Assembly: GCA_963810555.1 (NCBI GenBank)
Contig: CAWENX010000022.1
Span: forward strand, 54,929-118,928
Length of the DNA: 64,000 bases
Source: an uncultured Bacteroidia bacterium
GTDB lineage: Bacteria > Bacteroidota > Bacteroidia > Bacteroidales > Prolixibacteraceae
Reading direction: 5' to 3'
The notes under the pieces were generated by a model that saw only the letters and a program-made list of their open reading frames with translations, did no database searches and was not told the DNA's origin. The position numbers were made by a program, and so were the translations under genes. Position 1 is the stretch's first letter. The number at the start of each line of letters is the position of its first letter. This document shows, piece after piece, positions 1 through 6,385 of this stretch.

Positions 1-279
1 AATTAAATTTACATGTGATTGATTGTCAATTGTTAATGATCAATTCTCAATTTTCTCTCGCGCTTGCAAAACTTGCAAAACTTGCAAAACTTGTTTTTTC
101 TTGTTAACAAGATTAACAAGTGAATCGCAAGTAAATTCAAATACAATTAAATTTACATGTGATTGATTGTCAATTGTTAATGATCAATTCTCAATTTTCT
201 CTCGCGCTTGCAAAACTTGCAAAACTTGTTTGTTCTTGTATACAAGATTAAACAAGCGAATTGCAAGTAAATTCAAAAT
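1..279. repeat. Tandem direct duplication of about 140 bp (copy A 1-144, copy B 145-279)
   Basis: Both copies begin AATTAAATTTACATGTGATTGATTGTCAATTGTTAATGATCAATTCTCAATTTTCTCTCGCGCTTGCAAAACTTGCAAAA. Copy A has 3 CTTGCAAAA units (63-89) and copy B has 2 (207-224). A 12-bp palindrome is CTTGTTAACAAG at 100-111 and CTTGTATACAAG at 235-246. Confidence 0.9.
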
Positions 280-325
280 TTTTGCCTATACTATTGCAGC
301 ATGTTTAATTTTTAAATATGCTGTT

Positions 326-877
326 ATGAAAAATTCTTTAAATGAATCGGTTTTAAACGGGGCTGTTGCCCTGAACGGTGTCCTTGGCAAATTTATCTGC
401 CGCATGTCTTCTCTTGTCTCTTCATCAAAGCCGGTATCGGCTGAGTTGAACGAAAACGAATGGTTTACTCATCACCAGGCCCTGGCTGATTATCTTCACT
501 GCAGTGTCCGTACAGTGAAAATCTACAAAAAACGGGGCGACATTCCCTTTATCATGGTCAACGGCCGTTCCTGGTCTAAAAAATCCGACGTCGAAAGGGC
601 GATTGAATTGAATCCGTCGCTTAACGCTCTTTTCAACGCGAAAGCCAGACCCCTGCGCGACCCGATGATGACGATCCGCAAAATTGTGAAAGTTAACCGG
701 AACTGGTCGTTCCTCTTTGTCTGGTTCCAGGGATTCCGCTTCCAGATCTACATCCCCAACTCCCTTCTTGAAAACGAGCTTATTGTGGATGACTGCATCA
801 AAAGCGCTGTCGCTTATCAGCACAGTATCAAACCCTTCAGGTATACGCCCGATTTCATCACCAAAATCCTGAATTAA
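326..877 (+). CDS. Helix-turn-helix DNA-binding protein (excisionase/AlpA/MerR-like HTH_17 type)
   Basis: The segment FTHHQALADYLHCSVRTVKIYKKRGDIPFIMVNGRSWSKKSDVERAIE fits the HTH_17 pattern common on Bacteroidota mobile elements. The listed ORF start at 167 is a TTG inside the tandem repeat, so the ATG at 326 is preferred. Confidence 0.6.
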   Translation: MKNSLNESVLNGAVALNGVLGKFICRMSSLVSSSKPVSAELNENEWFTHHQALADYLHCSVRTVKIYKKRGDIPFIMVNGRSWSKKSDVERAIELNPSLNALFNAKARPLRDPMMTIRKIVKVNRNWSFLFVWFQGFRFQIYIPNSLLENELIVDDCIKSAVAYQHSIKPFRYTPDFITKILN

Positions 878-884
878 CCATTCC

Positions 885-962
885 CGTAGGGGCGACCCTT
901 GCGGTCGCCCTATAACGGTCATCCCGACCTGAAATAGGGCGACCGCAAGGGTCGCCCGTACA
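885..962. repeat. Two inverted copies of a GC-rich palindromic unit
   Basis: CGTAGGGGCGACCCTTGCGGTCGCCCTATA (885-914) and AATAGGGCGACCGCAAGGGTCGCCCGTACA (933-962) are reverse complements of each other, and each folds into a hairpin. They lie between a stop codon and the next start. Confidence 0.85.
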
Positions 963-997
963 AATTGTCAATTGTCAATTATCAATTATCAATTGTT
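962..997. repeat. Low-complexity CAATTGTCAATT/ATCAATT stutter repeat abutting the start codon
   Basis: AAATTGTCAATTGTCAATTATCAATTATCAATTGTT lies directly before the ATG at 998. The same word family occurs at 20-50, 165-195, 3826-3840, 4513-4544 and 4641-4666. Confidence 0.85.
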
Positions 998-2896
998 ATG
1001 AATTACATCGAAATCATCCCCGAAGAATGCTCTTATTTTCATTCTCCGATATCTAATACCATCCCTTATTCCGTTCTGACTCTTTCGGAAATAGCAGACA
1101 AAATACGTTCCGGTACGCTAAAATCAGTGACCGACAAAATCCGCTCCGGTCAGTCGGATAAAAAAGAGGCTTTGCCTTACTTTACCCCTTCAGGTGTCTT
1201 TACCTCCCGCAACGATAATGATATTGTTTCTTATTCAGCCATCGTTGGCGTTGACCTTGACGATGTGGATATTAACCTGTCATCATTATTATTTAATGAC
1301 AAATTTCTTAAACCCTGTTTTGTCTTTATCAGTCCTTCCGGCAACGGCATCAAGCTGTTTGTCCGGGTTAAAAATGCGGATGCCTCTTTTCACAAAGATT
1401 ATTTTAACGCGGTGTCACTCTGGCTTTTTAAACAGTATAAGCTTCCCTGCGATCCTTCTTGCGTCAATATTTCCCGTGCCTGTTTTCTTTGTCATGACCC
1501 GAAAGCCTTTTATTCAGATTCAAAGTTCATTGATTCGGAAAGCCTTTTAAGCGTTATTCCGCCTAAACCGCCCGAACAGCCCGAATTCCTTTCCTACTTC
1601 AAAAAGCTCTACAGCTACTTTAATTATGAGCCGGAATTCAAAAAACATGAAGCCAATAAGCTTAATTATTGCCGGGCAATTCATGATCATGCGGTTAATG
1701 CCCTTCTAACCGCCGGATGGACGCAAACCGGTATCTTTTTTACAAGGCCGGGAACAGGCCACCCCAACAGCAAACATGCCACTTTCTCCGTACCACCGAA
1801 TTGCAAAATATGGGTCTTTTACAACTTCTCAACCAAAGCGGCTCCTTTTCTTCCAAATAAAGGCTACACCGATGTCCAGGTTATCTCCTTGCTCGAATTT
1901 GACGGTGATTATTCAAAATGTGCCGAATACCTCTCCTTCAAATACGATTCTCAGATACTGACCGATTGGGGCCGAGACGCGTCACGCAACGAGAGAGACG
2001 CGTCACACAAAGAGAGAGACGCGATAAATCGCGTCTCTACAGATCCCTTGGACAACTATTTTAACCGCCGTGATTTCAAAACAGTTATTTCCGAAGGCAT
2101 TCAATGCGAAGAGCGCCGCCGCATTGTCGGTTCATTCCTTTACGAGGATACCATCGCTCTTCTTTTTTCACGCACGAATTACGGCAAATCCATGCTGGCC
2201 CTGCAGTTTGGCTGCGCCGCTGCTACCGGTACCGACTTCGATTCCTGTGAAGCATTTAAAAATGAGTGTGAACCGATGAAAACGTTAATGATCGACCTGG
2301 AGCTTGATCACAAAACAATCGCGAAACGTCACAGGCTTTTTTTGGATCACCCTCATCCTTATGCTTCCAATTTCATCTTTCTTCATGAAAAACTGGAAAA
2401 CAAAGTCCTGATTGGTTTCGATCTGCTTGAAAAAATAGAGTCTCTGGCCTCGCGCGAGAAACCAAAGCTGCTGATCATCGACAACATTTCAAAACTCCTG
2501 CCCGACGCTGTCCGTCCTGAAGTGGCCACAATGGTGATCACCATTTTAAACCGCATCCGGTACAACACCGGCTGTTCTATCCTTGTCATCGGCCATACCA
2601 CCAAAGGTAATCCCAAATGTGCCATCCAGCCCAACGATTATTTCGGCTCTTCGATGATCCAGAACTTTTTCAGCGAACTGTTCTACCTGGATAAAACAAA
2701 GGATGACAACTTTTTCCTTTGCAATGTCAAGTCAAAAGACAAAGAGAGCTATGAAACCACCGTTCCTGTCCTTTCGCGTGGTGATCATTCCAGACTGGGT
2801 GTCGGATTTTCATTCTGTTATCTCTCTTCGATTGCAGATATCCAGCTCCCTTATTTCTTGAACAACCTAAAGTCCCACGGGCGAGGAATCTTTTAG
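998..2896 (+). CDS. Fused primase-helicase: N-terminal AEP-type primase (BT4734/VirE_N-like) plus C-terminal RecA/DnaB-like (AAA_25-type) NTPase
   Basis: N-terminal motifs: VGVDLDDVD (acidic motif I) and FISPSGNGIKLFVRV (motif II-like). C-terminal motifs: Walker A SRTNYGKS, Walker B LLIIDNISKL, and VIGHTTKG. The ATG at 998 is preferred over the TTG at 965, which lies inside the repeat. Confidence 0.8.
   Translation: MNYIEIIPEECSYFHSPISNTIPYSVLTLSEIADKIRSGTLKSVTDKIRSGQSDKKEALPYFTPSGVFTSRNDNDIVSYSAIVGVDLDDVDINLSSLLFNDKFLKPCFVFISPSGNGIKLFVRVKNADASFHKDYFNAVSLWLFKQYKLPCDPSCVNISRACFLCHDPKAFYSDSKFIDSESLLSVIPPKPPEQPEFLSYFKKLYSYFNYEPEFKKHEANKLNYCRAIHDHAVNALLTAGWTQTGIFFTRPGTGHPNSKHATFSVPPNCKIWVFYNFSTKAAPFLPNKGYTDVQVISLLEFDGDYSKCAEYLSFKYDSQILTDWGRDASRNERDASHKERDAINRVSTDPLDNYFNRRDFKTVISEGIQCEERRRIVGSFLYEDTIALLFSRTNYGKSMLALQFGCAAATGTDFDSCEAFKNECEPMKTLMIDLELDHKTIAKRHRLFLDHPHPYASNFIFLHEKLENKVLIGFDLLEKIESLASREKPKLLIIDNISKLLPDAVRPEVATMVITILNRIRYNTGCSILVIGHTTKGNPKCAIQPNDYFGSSMIQNFFSELFYLDKTKDDNFFLCNVKSKDKESYETTVPVLSRGDHSRLGVGFSFCYLSSIADIQLPYFLNNLKSHGRGIF
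1974..2045. repeat. Three in-frame 21-nt units ending in a complete GC hairpin (hairpin family copy H1)
   Basis: GAGACGCG starts at 1974, 1995 and 2016, a 21-nt period. These encode RDASRNE / RDASHKE / RDAINRV. The third unit forms AGAGACGCGAT-AAA-TCGCGTCTCT (2013-2040). The repeat sits in the linker between the primase and helicase domains. Confidence 0.85.
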
Positions 2897-3120
2897 AATA
2901 CAAAGATGGTATTGATTTACTGCTCTCTCATGGTTGGTCTCAGCGCCGTTGTGCTGATTTAATCGGTGTTCATCATTCGGCCATTTCACGTCTCTATAAA
3001 TCATAATGTATCTAAACATAACACAATATGAGCTCATACCTGTATACGTCACTTAAATCAACATTATATTATCTTTATAATTATATTAATATTAATTAAT
3101 TACACCTTAATAAATAAATA

Positions 3121-3213
3121 TTTTGCGCCACGTAACTCGCCACTTTTGCGCCACCTCATTTTACATATTATGTTTTTTATGTTTTATATAGTGGTGCGTT
3201 ATTGGCGCATTTT
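3121..3213. promoter_or_regulatory. Putative replication-origin iterons in an AT-rich gap
   Basis: TTTTGCGCCAC occurs at 3121-3131 and 3144-3154, and CGCCAC at 3138-3143. Inverted partial copies are GTGGTGCG (3191-3198) and TGGCGCA (3203-3209). They are embedded in the 460-bp AT-rich non-coding region 2897-3359, directly downstream of the primase-helicase. A (CG)6 run lies at 3290-3301. Confidence 0.35.
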
Positions 3214-3359
3214 ACGCCTTATTTTTATCTTAATTGCATGTGTTTTATTGTTTTACTTCATATATGTTGCGTTGCACCTCACAGTCCTTCGCGCGCGCGC
3301 GTGAACGTTATGTTAATACTTTTTTTAACCTTATTTTCAATTAATAAACCTTAGTAACC

Positions 3360-3683
3360 ATGGACGAAATATTTGATGTTATCCGTGCTTTCAATCACTT
3401 AAAAGATCAGGTTGAAACCCTTAATATCCGCCTGGACCGGCTTATAAAAAATCCCTCTGTTTTATTGACTAAGCGCATTGTTGATGAACAGGCCGCAGCC
3501 TCCTTGCTTAATCTCTCTGTTCGTGAACTTCAGCGAATCCGTAAAGAAGGCAAAATTCAATATATTGTTCATAAACGTCGGATTAATTACTCATTAAAAG
3601 CTATCAATCAATATATTGAGAAACATACTTGTTCTCCTTCTGAACCCTTCGACACGACAAAACACGCCAATACACGACAATAG
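3360..3683 (+). CDS. Helix-turn-helix DNA-binding protein (HTH_17/excisionase-like)
   Basis: AAASLLNLSVRELQRIRKEGKIQYIVHKRRINYSLKAINQYIEKH fits the same HTH pattern as 326-877. Confidence 0.6.
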   Translation: MDEIFDVIRAFNHLKDQVETLNIRLDRLIKNPSVLLTKRIVDEQAAASLLNLSVRELQRIRKEGKIQYIVHKRRINYSLKAINQYIEKHTCSPSEPFDTTKHANTRQ

Positions 3684-3825
3684 CTTCATATTTAATCAGA
3701 TAGCTCTTTTTTGATCTATCTTTACTATTGACAAAAGCGCCTCATGTTCTGATTTATGATTCATTTATGATTCATTGCCTCCGTTCCTGACCGCTAAAAG
3801 ACAATTGATCCTGAAGCATCGGGAA

Positions 3826-3860
3826 CAATTGACAATTCGTAATTCGTAATTCGTAATTAA
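3826..3860. repeat. AATTCGT stutter repeat abutting the start codon
   Basis: CAATTGACAATTCGTAATTCGTAATTCGTAATTAA lies just before the ATG at 3863. Confidence 0.85.
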
Positions 3861-3862
3861 CT

Positions 3863-4510
3863 ATGGGTACAATTAAACAAGGTATTCTTGGCGGGTTTTC
3901 CGGTAAAGTAGGTTCCGTGATCGGCGGTGTCTGGAAAGGCATCTCCTACATGCGCGGGATTGCTTTAAGCTATACCGATGCCAAATCGGATGCTCAGCTT
4001 GCTCACCGTCAGAAATTTGCCGTTGTTGGTCATTTCCTTCAGCCGCTCTCTGAATTTCTTCAGGAAAGCTTCAGGAATTATGCCGTCCGTATGACCGGTA
4101 TAAACGCCGCGTTCAAATACAATTTCGCCAATGCCGTTACCGGCACTTATCCGAACCAGGCCATTGATTATCCCAATGCCCGCGTGGCCCAGGGTAATCT
4201 GCCGGCTCCTTTGAATGCGGTCGCTTCATCTACCGTTGCCGGGACCGTTAAATTCGACTGGGACGACAACTCCGGGGAACTGGGCGCCGATGCTGCCGAT
4301 GAAACGATGATTGTTATTTACAATCCGGTTCAGAACCAGGCAGTAAACATCTCCGGTCTGGCGGAACGTGCGGACGGAACGCAAACGGTAACCGTTCCCG
4401 CTTCATTCAGCGGCGATCTGGTTCAGTGTTATCTTGCTTTTAAGCAAAATCCTGACAACGGAACCGAAATTTCCAACAGCGCCTTCGCCGGTGCCGTTAC
4501 CGTGGCGTAG
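3863..4510 (+). CDS. Hypothetical protein. The N-terminus resembles the Bacteroidota DUF6266 family from memory; function unknown.
   Basis: A clean 215-aa ORF. The N-terminal GILGGFSGKVGSVIGGVWKGISYMRG is glycine-rich and the C-terminal half looks beta-rich. The DUF6266 assignment is recalled, not searched. Confidence 0.55.
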   Translation: MGTIKQGILGGFSGKVGSVIGGVWKGISYMRGIALSYTDAKSDAQLAHRQKFAVVGHFLQPLSEFLQESFRNYAVRMTGINAAFKYNFANAVTGTYPNQAIDYPNARVAQGNLPAPLNAVASSTVAGTVKFDWDDNSGELGADAADETMIVIYNPVQNQAVNISGLAERADGTQTVTVPASFSGDLVQCYLAFKQNPDNGTEISNSAFAGAVTVA

Positions 4511-4512
4511 TA

Positions 4513-4666
4513 AATTGACAATTGACAATTGACAATTGACAATGAAGGGATGATATTTTTTTAATTATCAATCCCCAAGTTTCCAGAATATCAATTACCA
4601 ACTTATCAAAAGTCTTATTTACGATCAAGATTAGAAACGGTTAATTGTCAATTGTCAATTATCAAG
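4513..4666. repeat. Long stutter palindrome: (TTGACAA)n arm and (TTGTCAA)n arm
   Basis: AATTGACAATTGACAATTGACAATTGACAATG (4513-4544) is complementary to TTAATTGTCAATTGTCAATTATCAAG (4641-4666). The spacer is about 96 nt. Confidence 0.85.
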
Positions 4667-4674
4667 ATTTTTAA

Positions 4675-4732
4675 AAACAGCCGGGCTGATTTGCCGAGGG
4701 ACAACAGTCACAGAGACTTCAGCCCGCTGTTT
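4675..4732. other. Stem-loop with a 14-bp stem and a loop of about 29 nt
   Basis: AAACAGCCGGGCTGA (4675-4689) pairs with TCAGCCCGCTGTTT (4719-4732). Confidence 0.7.
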
Positions 4733-4740
4733 AATCAAGA

Positions 4741-4810
4741 CTAAAGGCTGTAGGCTAAAGCCTAAAGTTAAAAATCGGTTTCTTCCTTTAGTCTTTAGCC
4801 TTAAGCCTTC
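4741..4810. repeat. GGCTAAAG-type hairpin with a conserved loop (copy 1)
   Basis: CTAAAGGCTGTAGGCTAAAGCCTAAAG-TTAAAAATCGGTTTCTTCC-TTTAGTCTTTAGCCTTAAGCC. The loop and proximal stem recur at 15475-15535. Confidence 0.8.
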
Positions 4811-4825
4811 TTTAATTCGTTAATT

Positions 4826-5110
4826 ATGAAAACTTTAAAACTCATTCTTATTCTGACTGCGATTTTCCTTTTGTTTTTTGCAGGTTGTGTGGTCAACATC
4901 ATTGGCGATCAATCAGCCGCATGTGCAGACGCGATGAATCGCGTCTCTACAGATCAGCCTTCAACCTTAAAACTGATCGCTCTGGCAGCGCTTGCCGTCT
5001 ACGAAGCTGTCGTCAGGATTGTTCCTTCCGTCGGCGACTACTCCGCCGTCTCCTGGATCATCAAATTCCTGAAAAAGGTCTCCGATACCCTCAATATCAA
5101 ATCAAGCTAA
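4826..5110 (+). CDS. Small lipoprotein/membrane protein (possible lysis accessory protein)
   Basis: A 94-aa ORF with an N-terminal signal/TM segment and lipobox-like FFAGC, plus a second hydrophobic segment LKLIALAALAVYEAVVRIV. It carries hairpin repeat H2 in frame between the two segments. Confidence 0.5.
   Translation: MKTLKLILILTAIFLLFFAGCVVNIIGDQSAACADAMNRVSTDQPSTLKLIALAALAVYEAVVRIVPSVGDYSAVSWIIKFLKKVSDTLNIKSS
4925..4955. repeat. GC hairpin family copy H2, in frame inside a CDS
   Basis: GCAGACGCGATGAATCGCGTCTCTACAGATC. This is 29 nt nearly identical to 2017-2045 and encodes ADAMNRVSTD (compare RDAINRVSTD). Confidence 0.9.
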
Positions 5111-5134
5111 AGGCTGTAGGCTAAAGGCTGTAGG

Positions 5135-5291
5135 GTAAGAAAACATTATTCATTTTGTCTCAACCTTAGTAACATGAGAATACCCATACAAACAGAACCT
5201 TATTCGCTTATTAATAAGGTAATAAGGTTAGATTTTTGGGGGAATGCAATTTTCTCTACTGAGGTTTAAAAAATGAAAATAAGGTTTTTTT
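5135..5291. repeat. Imperfect-palindromic intergenic repeat of about 160 nt (copy 1)
   Basis: About 85% identical to 20007-20160. Shared blocks are CCTTATTCATTTTGTCTCAACCTTAGTAACA, GAACCTTATTCGCTTATTAAT.AGGTAATAAG and GATAAGGTTTT. AACCTTA words on the left mirror TAAGGTT words on the right. Confidence 0.85.
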
Positions 5292-5292
5292 A

Positions 5293-5336
5293 ATCAGCAC
5301 ATCAGCACATCAGCACATCAGCACATCAGCACATCA
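5293..5336. repeat. (ATCAGCAC) x about 5.5 perfect tandem repeat
   Basis: Read directly from the sequence. It is followed by an ATTCTTA stutter (5346-5374) that abuts the ATG at 5375. Confidence 0.95.
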
Positions 5337-5374
5337 TTATTCTTTCATTCTTAATTCTTAATTCTTAATTAATT

Positions 5375-6061
5375 ATGCGCTCAATCTGGAATCCCTCATT
5401 TTTAATCGCCGGTATTGAAATACCGGTTCAACTTATTCCGGCCGTTACGAAATCGAAAATCTCTTTTGAAACGGTCGACTCCCGTGACATGGCTAAAATC
5501 AAATATATCAAAACCAACGAATTGACCAATAAGCCTGTCCCTCTTCAATATATCGGCAAAGCCTATAATCATGACGGCTTTATTCAGCTCATTTCCCAGG
5601 AGCTTTACGACTCCTGTCTGCCGCCTGTCTCTAACCAGGTTATCTTTGATTATTTTATCCAGGCCTCTGATCTTCCCTTTGCCCATGTCGACTCTTTTTA
5701 TAACGTCTTGCCTCAGTTTGGCGAGGAGTTAAATTATGCTTATGCACTCAAAATGCTCAAAGATCTGGATGTGATTGGCATTGGTCAGGCCACTTTTATG
5801 AACTGCTCAAATGTATTTGCCCTTCATCAGAAAGACAATCATCTGGTGGTTTACAAGCTTCGTTTTTGTGAACAGCTGCTCTCTCCCGATCCGGTGGCTC
5901 TGCCGTCTTTGCCGCCTGAGGACGACGTTGTCATGCTGGCTTTAAAAGACTTTGTCCTGGATAATCTGCTTCCGTTTGACCTTTCGGGGTTTAAGGACAC
6001 TTTTAATGAAAATTTCATCGAAGCGATCTCCGACACCCTCAATATCACCAAAAGCGGATGA
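5375..6061 (+). CDS. ku: Ku-like DNA end-binding protein (divergent)
   Basis: It is colinear with bacterial Ku. MRSIWNPSFLIAGIEIPVQLIPAV..ISF......IKY matches the Ku N-terminus MRAIW.GSI.FGLV.IPV.L..A...I.F......I.Y. The mid region Y.VLP....L.YAYALKML......IG.ATF and a C-terminal helical tail are also consistent. Length is 228 aa. Confidence 0.7.
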   Translation: MRSIWNPSFLIAGIEIPVQLIPAVTKSKISFETVDSRDMAKIKYIKTNELTNKPVPLQYIGKAYNHDGFIQLISQELYDSCLPPVSNQVIFDYFIQASDLPFAHVDSFYNVLPQFGEELNYAYALKMLKDLDVIGIGQATFMNCSNVFALHQKDNHLVVYKLRFCEQLLSPDPVALPSLPPEDDVVMLALKDFVLDNLLPFDLSGFKDTFNENFIEAISDTLNITKSG

Positions 6062-6093
6062 TCAACGGCAAGGATTACCGCGCAGCGGTTCAA

Positions 6094-6230
6094 CTATTGT
6101 AGATAATAACGCACCCATTTTTCAATTCCCCGTAGGGGATACACAATAACGGTCATTAAATTGTTTAACACCTACGGTGTAACAAATGGATTGGAAATCA
6201 TTTATCTACAATAGTTTATGCCCTACGGGC
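6094..6230. other. Two interleaved inverted-repeat pairs (pseudoknot-like order)
   Basis: CTATTGTAGATAA (6094-6106) pairs with TTATCTACAATAG (6202-6214). CCCGTAGGGG (6129-6138) pairs with CCCTACGGG (6221-6229). The order is A, B, A', B'. Confidence 0.6.
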
Positions 6231-6385
6231 AAAAAAACTTCAAATTCATACCATAAGACAAAGAATGCTCACCCAAAAAACCTATCAATGACGTAAAGTT
6301 AAATTTTGGAATGCTACTCCACAGGCAAATGAGCTTTTTTTAATCATCAATCGGCAATCATCAATTATATTCTTAATTCTTAATT

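Noticed and set aside
167-325. The N-terminal 53 codons of listed ORF 167-877.
   Set aside because: It starts at a TTG inside copy B of the tandem duplication and translates low-complexity repeat sequence (CKTCKTC). The ATG at 326 gives a sensible protein.
425-922. A 165-aa ORF on the minus strand, antisense to the first HTH gene.
   Set aside because: It overlaps the HTH_17-motif ORF completely. Its N-terminus (GRPQGSPLRE) is simply the translation of the GC palindrome repeat at 885-914. No motif was recognised.
3290-3301. The (CG)6 alternating run as a stand-alone Z-DNA or regulatory feature.
   Set aside because: It is too short and is a single occurrence, so nothing can be claimed on its own. 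It is noted only as part of the putative origin region.
5293-5336. Perfect short tandem repeats (ATCAGCAC)n, and similar tracts elsewhere, considered as a possible CRISPR array.
   Set aside because: The units are 6-11 nt and directly abut with no spacers. No cas genes are present. These are microsatellite-like tracts, not CRISPR.
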